Source of the DNA: Paraphysomonas bandaiensis
Lineage: Eukaryota; Protista; Chrysophyceae
Assembly (NCBI GenBank): GCA_965644295.1
Contig: CBFFRP010000015.1
Coordinates: 55,926-119,925, forward strand
Reading direction: 5' to 3'
DNA: 64,000 bases
The translations under genes were made by a program, and so were the position numbers. Below are positions 50,501 through 63,858 of the stretch, one piece after another. Each line of letters begins with the position of its first letter. Positions within the stretch are counted from its first letter, which is position 1. Below the pieces are notes generated by a model, which made no database searches, had not been told where the DNA came from, and saw only the letters and a list, made by a program, of their open reading frames with translations.

Positions 50501-52545
50501 ACATGCTCGGCTTGCATCTGATCATCAGCCATAATTAGAGCAACATTGAAAACAGAAAAGAAAGATTCGAAGGTTTGGTGCTCCCCTAAATCCTTTTTTG
50601 TTGGGTTGAAAGTCATTTCATCTTGGTCAGCGCTACACAGTCCAAGTACAACGACTCCCCACTCCATGTATATGGCCTCACACAGTTTGTTAAAACAATA
50701 CGAAATGGCTTTGAGGAAGTCACCATCGAGTGGCACATAGTACATTTCCATTCGAGCACCATGTAGATATTCTTCATACCAAGGATCCAATGTGTTCTCT
50801 ACAGCTGCAGAAACAGCCCCAAAACTATGAAAAATGTTCTCTACAAAAGTTGAAAATCCAGGACATATCGAGTTCCTCGCCTGAAGGGTCGTTTTGAACT
50901 CATCCAGACAGAGGATGACATCAATATCACTGTCTTTGAGGATAGTACGATCCTCTGGCCGTAACACTTGCACAAGGCAGTCCAAGTCTGGGTTGAAGTT
51001 CGATACCGATAGAGCTCTCATGACTGTGGCTGCATCCTCAGCGCCAGCCGCAGAGTCGGAAACCTCTGTATTACAGAGAAAGAACATTCCGGAGGCAACA
51101 TCCGCCCTCACCTTCTTGAGGTCCTCGACAGAGAGCGCAGACCCAATAACATAAGTGACACGGGAGTCCAGCATGGGACTGAAAATGAGGTTACGAACTT
51201 CTTCCGTAGGTTCTAATGGACTCAGCACCACTGCATGAAACTCGGGAGCAGATGAGAAGGCTCTGTCCGGGTGAAAAAACTCCTTGAAAAATTGTTCTAG
51301 TTTCGACTTATCATTAACATGACCACAGAGTATAATGTGGCTCTCTTGAGAGTGGGCCCTATAAGGACTTCGATAGGGTGATCGCATCGACAATAACACT
51401 TGAAGTTTGTTGACTTGCATAGGAATAACCACTAATGAAGCAACAATAAATAGGAGCACCACCGATCTCGAATACCTGTGCCGAAACACTATTGAGCGGT
51501 CTACAAGGAAGTAAATAAAGGAACTCACGTCGTAGACGGGGAAATGTCTCCGTAGCCTACGGTAGAGACTGTAACAATTATGAAGTAGAATGCATCAAAG
51601 TAGCTCAACCGGATGCAGCGGATGCTTGTGGGCTTGCCTCTGTCATCTCCACGCTACGAAACCGCCCAATAAAATCAGGTAAGATACCATGCACTCATGT
51701 ACCTGATAGTATCCTGAACAGTTATTCTCCTCGCAATCACACGATTCGTCCGCCGGAGAGCTACTAGAACAAGATGGCCGCCAATCTGTACGCGAGTTTA
51801 TGTACTGACAGTCAAATCGATATTGATTAATATCATTTTCCATCAACTGAACTAAGCCTGCGAGAAAGCATTAACATACGACACAAGTGACTTAATAACA
51901 CTTACCAGCTGCAAGAAATGTCATACTTAATAAAGTAAGTGTAAGAGATAGCAGCTGCCTCTTCACACCACTCATATTTCTAAGTGCCTTGAATGTTCTA
52001 AATATTCTTGCCAGTCGAAGAATTCTAACGAAACGAAGAAACCCAAGGTGAGTGGCTTTATTTCCAGTGACCATGGTTAAGTACACAGGAAGAATAGTTA
52101 CAATATCAACTAATGTCATGGATTGTCTAAAATAGGAAAGCGTTCCATCTAAATAAAAATTTAATGTAAAATCTAACATGAAAAATTGTGTTATAATCAT
52201 TTCCGACATCAAGAAAGCTGAAGCGCCGTTGTAGCTCGATATATAAGTATCAGCTACATAGATTATGCATGCCAACACGGACAGCACAATTTGTAACATG
52301 TCCCATATAGCCCCTATATGAGAATTCGCTTTGGTGATAGCGATTTTCTTTCGGAGAGGGTAGTGCTCTGGCAGGCCTGGAAAGAGAATACGAGATACAG
52401 AGAACTCATCCGGCTGCACTAAACCAAAGTGATCTGAGTTCTTCTTATTCTTCTTCTCCACTTTGGTGATGGCTGGTAATCCACGTGGATTATCATGGGA
52501 GAATGTGTATCTACTGGATAGTTTTCTAGATAAGCCTCGATTCAT
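47597..52545 (-). CDS. Slo/BK-family voltage-gated K+ channel with two RCK domains (multi-exon)
   Basis: S4 LGFLRFVRILRLARIFR; pore FYFIIVTVSTVGYGDISP; RCK1 HIILCGHV...FFKEFFHPDR...GSALSVEDLKKV; RCK2 DHIIVFG and LPVFASA. Confidence 0.92.
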
Positions 52546-53338
52546 ATGAGGAGAGTCAATTGCACTGATTAGACCACTACAAACAAAGCAGAGCTATATG
52601 AACTATTCGCCCACATGAACAATCCTTCAGGAACATACAATGGAAGTGCTAGGGTCGTGAGTATCCTACTGTATATATTGCCCTGAATATGCATGAAATG
52701 ATTCCCAGCAAAATATGGTGAATGTATGTACACTGTGTACTGTACCCACAGAGCTGTTCTTCTCTAGAATACACCGTACATATAGACATGTTCTATGCTT
52801 GTCTTTCATTGGTAGGAATTCTATAGAGAATACTTGTGCTGTTAGACATGTGCAATGGTACATCTGAGGTGCAGCTGGACATGTACAGGCAGACAAGAAA
52901 AATCACAGGATACGGTATAATTTCACGGACAGCTGCCCGTTACCTCCCCCACAATACTACACGAAGTACAGCACTGTATTCTAAAGTGACCGATAGAGAA
53001 TTTTATAACAGTAATTTTTCATATAATGTTAACAGCAATTACTACAAATCATATATAAGCTCTGCTGATTATGTTATATGGTGAATATACACCTTAGCAA
53101 TAGATATACAATGGATGGAAACGTACGGAGATGATAGGTAATGATAATCTCATGTCGTCATGTAATTTTTTGACTTGTATCTTATCTTTTTTGCTGTAAT
53201 TATTCCTACTTTCCAGATATGGCGATATGAAAGTATTGTCTGTGTATTTCTATTCATAAAACTCAAGATCAGCAGAAAAACAATAGTGATTTGAATATAT
53301 ATTGTCATATTACTTCAGCGCATTACTGTAAAGGCAAT

Positions 53339-56300
53339 ATGAAAAAAATAAAGGCTGCTGTACGTTCGATCAGTCCATTCACACGTAAACACCATACTGA
53401 TATCGACGATCCGGGACCCAGCGTACCCTTACGTGGAGAAGTTGGTGATAGTAGAAATCGTCCGACATGGTCACTCGATAATGTGGATTTCTTGAAGTTT
53501 CTTCGGGTGTTTTATTCAAAGTTTAATCCTGAGAAACTATCAACTATCGAGTACATTTATGAACAATATAAGGGCGACGAAATGGTTTTAATATATCAGT
53601 TAGCTGAGAAGTATGAGTTAACGCATGATGCTATGCAAGCCATTATTAATTCATCATGTGACTACCAGCCCGACTGCGATATCTCAGAATCCACTGCAAG
53701 TGAAGTAATTGATAGCTCAGCTGGGCCTCATCCTCCTTTTGTTACTTCTCCTACCCCTTCTTGGAAACCAAAAAACGACGAAAGAAAATCTCTTCATGAC
53801 ACTCAATCAGTGCGACAGGGTGCGAGAGAGAACCAAAATGTAGACCTAAAGCAATTCCGACAATCTCATAATGCGTCGCCACAGAACATAAGCGGTGGTG
53901 TCGTCGACACAGAGTCATCGGAGAATGATGACAGTAAGAACTCTGTAGCCCCGACATCGTTACAGGATATTATTAATTCAAGTAGACGGAGCGATTCCCT
54001 GTCGAAAAAAACTGTTCGATTCTCTCAAAACGTGACGAATGAAGGTTCCTCAGTAGATTCGAATACCGGTACTTCTCTGCCTCGACAGAGCAGTGATGCA
54101 AGTATTACCACTTTCTCGAGCTCTGTGAGCGGCGTTCCCCGACCAAATCTTGTGATGAAGACGGAAAATGGTCATACTACTTCAACTTATACGAAAGACC
54201 AGTACAGTCCTGCGAGAACACCAGTTGTGACCAGCAATGGCACTGCAAGGGACACTAGTAGTCATGATAAACAGCGAACTGCAAGACGATCGATGGCGTT
54301 GGTTGCGAGCTCTTCGGACTATAATCAACAGCAGTCACCTTCTCTAAATCATGATGCATCAACGCCCAAGCTGTATGCAGCCCCGACTAGGGATAGTAGA
54401 TTCTCTAACCAGGAGAGTTTTGATCACCACAGCATGCCGGAACGAGGTCCACAACAGGATAAAATCAACCCAGAGCAGCCCGTTTCCGAAAATCTTTCGG
54501 AACCAGCTGAAAGTATAGGTGACAGAGAATTTAATGGATCGGGAGAGCGTATACAATCTGTACACCTGGAGGAGATGCGACTGGAGTTGGAGCGGACCCG
54601 ACAAGCTCTCAGTGAGGCCGACAAGGAGCGGGATACAGTGTTGCATCTGCTACAGGAGATGGCCTCCTCCCCTGAAGAGATGAAGGGCGTTGTTGAGGCT
54701 TACCTGCTCAAATATGGTGTGTTGAGTGCATAGTTACATATTTGGTTGAATGTATGCAGGGAAGCGCGTAGAAGAAAGGTCTACCCACGGTCGGTCACCT
54801 ACAGGGATTTTGCGCCACGACGGTGACCTGAACAGGTTACAACTGCGTCTACGTGACTTAGAAGGGAAGAAGGTCGTGCGAAAATCTCTATGTCCATTAG
54901 GCACGTGTTATTTAAACGAACTGTGCAGGTAAATCCTTCGAAAGTGCCAGTACGAGAGAGGCCAACAGGCGCAGCTCTACGGTCCAATAGCACCAGCTCT
55001 AGACCTAATCGTGAGAAGTCTTACATGTCCGGTGTGTATTTACCGTATGCGATAATGAATGCAGTTTGCAGCTAATTAGTATTGTTGATATATAGGAACA
55101 GCATCATCTTCTAAAAGAAGTATGGAGCTTGCACTAGCGGGTAATTTAAGTGGAAATTATACCTCACTCTCTGCTGGATCGAGGGATCCAAGTCCAAATG
55201 GGAGTGTATGCAGCTCGCGTGGGCGAACGGTGTCCCGAAACAGGGGTGAGCGTTGGATCAGACCGTCCAGTGCAGATCGCACCAGAGAGAGATCGCGTTC
55301 GCCCGCCAGTAGTGAGCCCAGACGGAGGAGGTAAGTTTTAAAGCCTTCCGTGGTTATATAGCCCCTGATTTGTCCAGCTCTCGATCGCCTTCCCCATCTA
55401 TTAACTCCGAGGACTTAGATTCGCAGTACCATAGATCGAAGAAGCTGTCAGACCGTAGCGGCAATCAGGTGCACCATTGAAGGTTTTGTACTCGTATAAT
55501 ATTACATTCACGATGCAGATGAGATCATTCCGCAATACCTCAGATAGCGAATATCAATACCGCCCACAAGGATCGACATCTCGTCTTGGAGCTGCAAGTC
55601 CGCGACGAGGAACTCAACAGAGTAAGTACATGGCTGAGTGTATTACGCCTATCATGTATCTAATGTGTTCCTTGTATGATTAGGTGGTGACGACTGGGTT
55701 GCGTGCGTGGACCCGAAGACTGGGAAAACGTATGTTACTTTACAAAGTTGAACTCCAGTACCGCCTTACGTGTATGTAGGTATTACTACAGTGCGTCCCG
55801 CAAAAAGAGTGTATGGGCTCCTCCAGTGACTCTCTCATCAGGTGAGACATGCCTCGATGGATCGCCCAGGGTGTCGATATATGGCCATTAAGAGCACTTT
55901 TTCGAATATATATCTATATCTATGCCTAGATGTGTCGACATCTCTGCACTGATCGCCGTCTGAGTGCTTTCGTGTAGGGTCGAGATCATCAACTCCCACT
56001 GGGTCTCGTGCCAGCACGCCTGCTGGAGGAAGTCGGTCATCAAGTCGGGAAGGAAGAGTAACTTTTGCGTCAACACCTGTCAGTCGGCAACAAAGGGCTG
56101 CATCACCCGCCGGTAGCAACTCATCACAGAGATCTGGAGGGTCGTCCAGCAACCAATGGGCGAAAGCGATAGATCGTAAAACCGGGAAGACATATTGGTA
56201 CAATAGGTATTGTTCACTGCTTTAGTTTGTATTTTGTAACGAATATTAAAGAACTACAGGAGTAAGTACGTGGAAGCGGCCTACGGAAGCAAATTTCTAA
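53339..56300 (+). CDS. Ser-rich protein with N-terminal FY..NPEKL helical motif, coiled coil and two C-terminal WW domains (multi-exon)
   Basis: WW1 DWVACVDPKTGKT/YYYSASRKKSVWAPP; WW2 QWAKAIDRKTGKTYWYN/RTTGVSTWKRP; N-terminal FLRVFYSKFNPEKLSTIEYIYEQYKGDEMVLIYQLAEKY; TAA 56298-56300. Confidence 0.8.
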
Positions 56301-57243
56301 GTTTATGTACTGTTTGTGTGTTTTGTATAGCTGGCATGTTTGCTTCTCACACAACTGTGAAATAAAACTCTACAATGTATAGTTTTGTTGTATACGCTAT
56401 CATGAACAGCAAGTGGGCGGGAATATGAATCGTAGTAATAGGAAGTAGTGGTCCTTTTTAATTGCAGTGTAATTACTTATGTCGATTAGTTAATTGTGGG
56501 TTCTTGTGTAATGTGACAGTATACACGTATACACACCTTACGAGCAGAGATAATAACGACACTATTTTCTATTTTATTTGACAATTTATATTGGTTGTGG
56601 TAAGATGTGATACTACTGTTTCTTTTAGTGTCTTTTTGGGACACGATGGGAATAATGCATAATTGGATATCAGAAATTAGAAGCCTACCATTATCATTAT
56701 CTGCCACAAGAACATGACTTGGCCACATCAAACTCTCGGAAACAAGATTAATGGTTTATTGTTCTGCTAGTACACACGATGCATTACATCTCAAGAACCT
56801 AGTAAGCTTTTAGTGTGAGGTAGTTGAGTTATAGTGTGTTCTCCCAGGCCATTGCACAACAGAACAGATAGAGCTGTGTCCAGCATGTGAAACTGATTCA
56901 AAAGATATGAATGATTCAAGTCGGTCAATTGTAACGTAAATATCTGGTTGCGAAGTATACTTTTATTATTATGCACTTACATAACTAAATATAAGCACAT
57001 CAGCATTGTTGCATGATGAGAATCAAGGATCAACAAATCAAGTATGTGTAGTGTGCAAAGTACCCACAGCTCACAGGTATATTAGTTGACAAACATATAT
57101 CATTATTGATAATGCCATAATTAGTGAGTACTATGCATATTTATTTATTATGGCAAAATTTCTGTCGCTTAAACGATATGTAGACTTGTATTATCCACAA
57201 CATACGTATACTACATACTACATTACAACAGCTTCATATCCTG

Positions 57244-58863
57244 TCAGCTTGACTCTACTAATCGTTCAGATTTAAGTGTCGAAGCTGCAACATCAATGAC
57301 ACTGTGCACCATATATAGTAACGCTGGGTCCTCGCGAGAAAGTACCACGGACTCAGTATCGTGTGGACTTTCCTCGAAACCAGCAGCATACAGCGCAGGT
57401 AGTGCATTCATTGCCACAACAGTCCTACTTATGGTTAACAAAACCTTGTCAGAGTAAATAGGACTAATTTACCTGGAAAATAGCTTATTAGTCTTCCGTA
57501 TGGAGCGGTACCGAGGGTTCTGAGTGTCTTTAGCCCTTCGGACTATATCAGCTACTACTCGTAAAGTCTGTTCCAGCTGCCGAAGAGTACCTGCTGCACT
57601 ACATACCTCCTCTAAGGCTTCGCGCACTTGTAATAGTCTGTCAGGTAAGCCCGTTTCCCCAGCAATGGCCAGGTAGTTGGCTAAGGCACCATCTACAGCT
57701 GCCATAACATCATGTTTCCTTGCCTGAATATCCCCTAATGAATCTATATCAGTGAAAATAGTCCCACCAGAAGTTCCCGAGGATTCTACTCTAGTTTTCC
57801 CACTACCGACCTCTTGGGGAATAACTGAGCCCTCGTTTTCAGAAAAAGGAGCACTAATTGGAACTGATTCCATATATTGTTGCCCAACGAATTTTCTCGA
57901 GCAACCGCAGCAAACTTCGCCCTCTTGATCTTTCTCTTCCGCTTTACATATATCTTGCGTTGCTTGTTCCTCTTTTTCGTGCAACATCTCCCGCTCCAGG
58001 GCAGCAGCACTGGCCATTAACTTTCCCGGTACCGAAGGGGTCATTCCCCCTAGTGTATGTGGTGCAGTAGACGGTTCTGAAACTACAGATTCCCTCACCC
58101 CGCCTCCAGTGCCACCACCGACACTCCGTCCCCGACCTTGACGCCAATCTAGTTCACCAGCCTCCCGTTCAACCTGCCGCATCAACATGTAGAATGAATC
58201 GTCATGATCGGAGTGTTCATTATGGGCCAGTTCGTGGAACAGAACCTTACGAATGGTAAGAATTTTTCTGAAGCCTTTAAGATCGTCAGTTCGCAAACGC
58301 AGAAGAATCCGCTGCCCATGGTTTTCATTCAGACCCATCACACAAACATCACTCACGCCAACGTAACCCTCTGGATAGAGTTCACATAGAGCGCCAACAG
58401 ACCATTTGTGCTTCTCAAGAACAGCCAGTATACCAGGGTCTTCAGCTAGGGACTGAAGGATCTCACGCGCTCGTTGTTCCTCAGGAAGTCCTGGAAGTGT
58501 CTCTATACTATGAAACCGGTGCTGTGATCGAATTCTCCCTATTTGAGTTACATTCCGTGCGTTAACCGCATACTTGCGTCTATGTGATTGACCCTCTACC
58601 GTGAGGTCGTCGCGTATTCTAGGCAGTATCTCAGGGGGCTGTTCATACACTTTTGATCCCAGCATAACTATTTTTGTATCCACTCCATGAGGTAAATCAC
58701 TCACACGAGTAGTAGAAGACAATACTTTTCCATTAGCAATGAGCTTGATATGTTCTCGGGGTACACCAGTCTTAAGTTCACACTCGTGTAAAACATCAGA
58801 CACGTAGCTATCAACACCTGATTGGATATCAATAACGACAGAGAAGTATTGGATAGTAACCAT
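57244..58863 (-). CDS. WSS1: Ubiquitin-like + WLM (Wss1-like) metalloprotease + PUB domain protein (2 exons)
   Basis: UBL (LKTGVPREHIKLIANGKVL); WLM (LAEDPGI...HKWSVGALCEL...GLNENHGQRILLRLRTDD...FHELAHNEHSDHD, HExxH); PUB-like PRYRSIRKTNKLF...ALYAAGF. Confidence 0.88.
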
Positions 58864-59568
58864 ATGTTATGAACTGATGGGGAATAAGTGTATTGACATT
58901 AGTTTCAGGTATGGTTGTATTGTGTAGGAATGTGTAGTGGATTTGCTAGTAAGTGAGTTGCAAGATATGAGGATAAGCACATACAATATGTATACAGTAC
59001 GCCTACGGGGTGTGCGATACTGCATACAGTAGTGTAGAAGAGTGTGGAGAAGGAATGGAACAACTGATAATGAAGAATTAGTTGAGAAAACTCTTCTGGT
59101 GGCATTGTCTGTATGCACAGCAGTAGGAATTCCTACAGGTATATACCGATGGTATGTAGGCTGGTAGGAATTCGAATTCAAAGAGTATCGGCAGTGAGCA
59201 TCTTATTTTTCGGTAATTAATTGAAGCAAAAATTATCTATATTACTGATATACAACTACGGCTTGAATACAGATAATTATTGACTCAATATTGGAGGCAT
59301 ATTGGAACTGGTACTCTACATAAACCATATACACAATATACAGAGTGTATATAGCCATACAGCCGGAGAGCCAGAGCATCAGAAATATCTAGATATCAAC
59401 TGACATCCATACTCCATACTGCTGTTACGTGGGGACAATATATCGTTCGAGGTTATATAGGAATTCATCTCGTCGAAGAATTATAACCTTGAGGAGATTA
59501 AGAAGACTTCGTTGATTTCGAACTCTGTTTTACCTCGACCGTATTAAGATTACTTTGAAAGAAGTCTC

Positions 59569-59669
59569 TCTAGCCAGTTACAAATAGATATCTATCTAGC
59601 TTGACTAGTTTTAATCTAGCTACTTATCTGGTGCTGATTCTCAACGCCTATTGCTAAAAAAGACTTTCA
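59569..59669 (-). repeat. Repeat family A, copy 5 (solo arm)
   Basis: Reverse complement tgaaagtcttttttagcaataggcgttgagaatcagcaccag...aactagtcaagctagataga matches the copy 2 arm. Confidence 0.78.
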
Positions 59670-60067
59670 TATACTACTTATTGGTATGATTCACATATAG
59701 CATATAGTACTTTAGAAACTACCACCCAGAAAGATTTTACTTAGAGTAGTCCATATTTATTATCATGTACATACTACTCCTTAAAGGTTTGAAACTCATA
59801 TGCAATTGGTTTACGACCGTACACTTCATGTTTCCAATAGATACATTTATCCAGTTAGAGATATCTTATATATATCTATACATCTATAATATGCCAGCCA
59901 CGTCGATTGCACACTTGCGTTCAGGAGACTACACGTATTATATACAGCTTTCCAGAACTGCACTTTAAGAATATAACATATTCTACGGTGACTAACTAGC
60001 TGTTCCTTCGCATTAAGAGCCAACCACGTGGTTATATTTGCATACTGACAATAATAATTATATGCTA

Positions 60068-61393
60068 CTATTCCAGTGATGCCATGACAGGGTTTCCAAT
60101 GATATATACTTTAAGCTGCTGCTCACATACTTCCATTGATCCTGACTCAACCTTACTACCATCCCACTGAGATGGCTTTGGTAGATTTAGAACACCATTA
60201 ATAAGATTAGCTTTGTCCATCGCCCCAGCAGACCAGGGGCCAGGTAATCTGCCGATTCTATTATTCGCGATGTTAACAACCTGCATTTGAATCTATTAGA
60301 TTCAGAAAGCAACACATAGTATGCATCTTACCGTTAGCGATTCATTAAATGCTAAAGATTCGGGTACAAGCGTGAGTTTGTTCCCATTGGCATAGAGTTG
60401 ACTCAATCTGCCTCAATGCAATTAGAGAAAAAATAGGCAACCCTATGATTCATACCGTCTCATGGCAGCCCAGTCTGTATTCGTCTCACCCCCTGAGTCA
60501 CTAGGAAAAGATTCAATGAAGTTGCTGCTAATTGACAATATCTCTAACGTACGGGATAGGCGAAAAACACCAGGCGGTAATGACGTTAATCTATTTTGTC
60601 TACAAAATAAGTTTGCTGAGCAAAAAATTGTGATAGATTAAGGAAGCCAACCTCAGCCACAGGTTTCTCAGACCAGCTATTGTCCAGAGCACATCAGGAA
60701 TATCTACTATTAGATTGTTGTCCAAAGCCTGCAAAAACTTATAATACATATGACGGAATGTCAATGGTACCGATACCAGTGTTTCTAGGGACTGTAGCGA
60801 TGATACCGAGGCAGGCAAGTCAGTGAGGTCTAACTTGTTACCCGAGAACCTTAATTCCCGAAGTCCGTACAACTGACAGATACATATAGGAAATTTCTCA
60901 AAGTTATTATCATCCAGCCATAACGAGGACAGTGTCAATATCCGACCAAACTGTGGTCAAGTTATGTCCCAAGGATGATGGAATTCGTCGTTTTAACGTA
61001 CCTCCAACGGTAGAGAGTCAAGGTCGTTGCCACCAAGATTGATTTCTTCTACAGGTGTTTCATCTAAATAACCAATATCCTACAAATTGCGTACACAAAT
61101 AGTCAGGGTTGATAAGCCCGTGCTAAGAGTACTCACCTCTAAAGTAGTTAAGTGATTCCCATATAAGTTTAACACACGTAAATTTTTTAATTTCTCCACA
61201 TTGATAGAAAGAGCTAAAATATCAATCGATCCTTCGAATTCAGCCGCCCTTCAGTTCCACGGGGGGTTAGATATCTAGAGATAGTTGTATAATAATACCC
61301 CTCTCACCTTCTCTGCAATTTCAAGGCCTCTTTCTCGTCCTTTTCATCGTCAAATATCTCAGGGACCTTCCGTAAATCTTTCTTGATGAACAT
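60068..61393 (-). CDS. Leucine-rich repeat protein (about 8 exons)
   Basis: MFIKKDLRKVPEIF start; LRR units LRVLNLYGNHL, LSSLWLDDNNF, LRELRFSGNKL, LETL/ALDNNLI and VVNIANNRI. Confidence 0.87.
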
Positions 61394-61898
61394 TGTGGGA
61401 GTATTGGTAAGATATGAGTTGGAGAGTGTATGGGACTTGTTCTATACATATATATATCACGAGTTGTGTTGATATTTATTTAAATTTCAAGTACCTGATG
61501 AAGGAAGTCAAGTACTGATGTAAATATCGAAGTACGCAGGGATGTATCTATATACATATTATTGCAGTACATGCAGGAGATTTCAATAGCCTATCCTACA
61601 TTGTATTCTGGTCGTATTCCACATACTCTACTCTATCAAAAAATCAACTGTCATCTCATTCCATATACTGCTGTACATGCCAACTGATAGAGGTACTGTA
61701 CACTATATACTATATATGGTATATGAACAGCAGCAGTACACTCTGTATGTGAGTTCAATTAGTATATATATAATATTCCATTGAACCCATCGAAATATTT
61801 CAATCTGCAGAGATTTTTACAGTTGTTATGCTGTAGTACAACACATCCTGTCGAAACCAATCGTATTCATCAATTTCTAGCAATTCTAATCCGACACA

Positions 61899-62606
61899 AT
61901 GTCAAATGATATGGACGCATCTCACGCTATAGATTTCAATCCTATGGATGAAATTGATCCTTCTTTAGGAGATGGTTTTCATGTGATCTACGATAGGGAG
62001 GTGTGTGTTATGTGGGTTGATAGTTTGTGTGTAATGCAGTTGTAGGTTCCGATGGAGATCCGACATCACTACGCGGGGGACGATAGCATCAGTACCGGTA
62101 CATTGGAGGCCATAAAAGTAAAAATGCTAGTATTAGGCAATGATGAAAACCCATCGTCGATTCGACTTGAGCTCTCCAGTGAATCGGATTTATTCTTTCA
62201 TTATATCCATATGATTGATGAGCACGATTTCCAAGTAATACAGGAGCAACAGAAGCTTGTTGTTGACTATTCAGAGTATCCCAATGTCTTAATCCGCATG
62301 CTTAATGCCTGTATACGCGAACCGCACACCCACTTGGCGATTTTTATTGTGAGAGGGGAAGAAGACGCCCGCCTAGATTTCATTCAGAATATGGAATATA
62401 AATTTGTTGAATTGGTTTCTTGCGGCTGTCAGCGATCTTCCGAGGATATGATCCAGAGACAAATCACGTACCGCTATAACGCCATGAAGCAAAAACTTGC
62501 GGTAATGCAATCTCGTCTTCATGAGATTAATAATCTTGTGAAGATGAAGAACCCATCCCTACTATTGCAGTTGCAGAAGAGTAGTGTGAACATGTCTAGG
62601 CGCTGA
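61899..62606 (+). CDS. SAS6L: SAS-6-like protein (SAS-6 head domain with short coiled coil; intron 62001-62046)
   Basis: IRLELSSESDLFFHY, FQVIQEQQKLVVDYSEYPNVLIRMLNACI (PISA-like) and ARLDFIQNMEYKFVELVS; only ~35 aa of coiled coil, as in SAS6L rather than canonical SAS-6. Confidence 0.85.
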
Positions 62607-63774
62607 ATTTATAGCTGCTTATTTTGGGTTGAGTTGTTTAGCGGATCTGTCAACTGCATTCAGCGATCAAAATATCTAGATGTTATGGTGGAAATACCGC
62701 TTCAATGTGCTTGGTATAAAGATGTAAGTGATATAATCAATGAAGGCTTTTGGGGTTTATTGCTACGCTCGGCCTACTTCTGGTAAGCTACTCGAAGTTA
62801 ATTTATGTGATGCAATGTAGGACTGTAATAATGTTTCATTTTGAATCTTCCGGTGTCTAACGGCCAAATTGTTAAGCATTCTTTGCAGTGCATTCGACAC
62901 ATATATGTACTCGCTACGTAATTTTCTTACAGGTGAACCACATACCAAACACCGGCATTAAGCACCAGTATCTGTACATGCGTACGCGCATCTATCAGTG
63001 GTGTTAAAGTTGGATATATCACTGAAGTTAACGTAAGCTTTAAACTTGCACACAATGTATTTCCACGTTTTCAAGTAATTATTGGGGTCTATTTTTCAAC
63101 CTAGTCAATATTTGGTGTAACTTCCTAGTCATTTAATACTTCATATTTTCTTTTCTCTAGCTGGAGGGAGAAGGGGTAGTGTCACGCATACCTGTAGTTA
63201 CTGTTATACGTGGAGTTATACGGTGTTATACTGCGGTACTCTAGGTAGCATGCTGTTGTACTTTCATTTTCAGTTTATTTAGTATACATTGCGGTTACTG
63301 TATTCTTGAAGGGATATAAGTCCCGTATATGTACAAGTATGATACTGTAAACTGTAGATGATTCACAGCAAGATAGAGTGTTGTATGATTTCACTTTTTC
63401 TTTACACGTTTTAACGTAATTTAATTCATTCTATACTCGCGGTTTGCTTGTGTTAGGAGGCAGTTTCACCGGTTTGGTGTTCTGGACAGTGTATTCTCGG
63501 TTTGGGAAGCACTTTAAATTCATATAAAACGTTGTAAACACGGTCTTTCTCATCAGAAAGATTACAGGAGGCCTCGGTAGCCTACTGGGTGATGTCAAGA
63601 AGCTCACGGAAGAATACATTACAGCATCCTCTGGGTCATTAGGGTCAAGCAAGGGATGAGTACTGGGGCTCTCCTGACTGGTAGTGTGGGCTTGCATACA
63701 TATGTGTATGTGTGCAAAGCAATACCCAAGTACAGAAGTACAAAATAATGATTATTATCGTATAATGAATCATG

Positions 63775-63858
63775 AATAATACTGTCTACAATATCAACGG
63801 CTAATAATACTGTCTACAATATCAACGGCTAATAATACTGTCTACAATATCAACGGCT
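63775..63858. repeat. 28-bp tandem repeat, 3 perfect copies
   Basis: (aataatactgtctacaatatcaacggct)x3. Confidence 0.93.

Noticed and set aside
63431-63697. 88-aa minus-strand ORF
   Set aside because: No recognisable motif or supported exon chain; it could be a small exon but the evidence is insufficient.
63775-63858. 28-bp direct repeats as a possible CRISPR array
   Set aside because: Units are contiguous with no spacers, no cas genes are present, and the context is eukaryotic.
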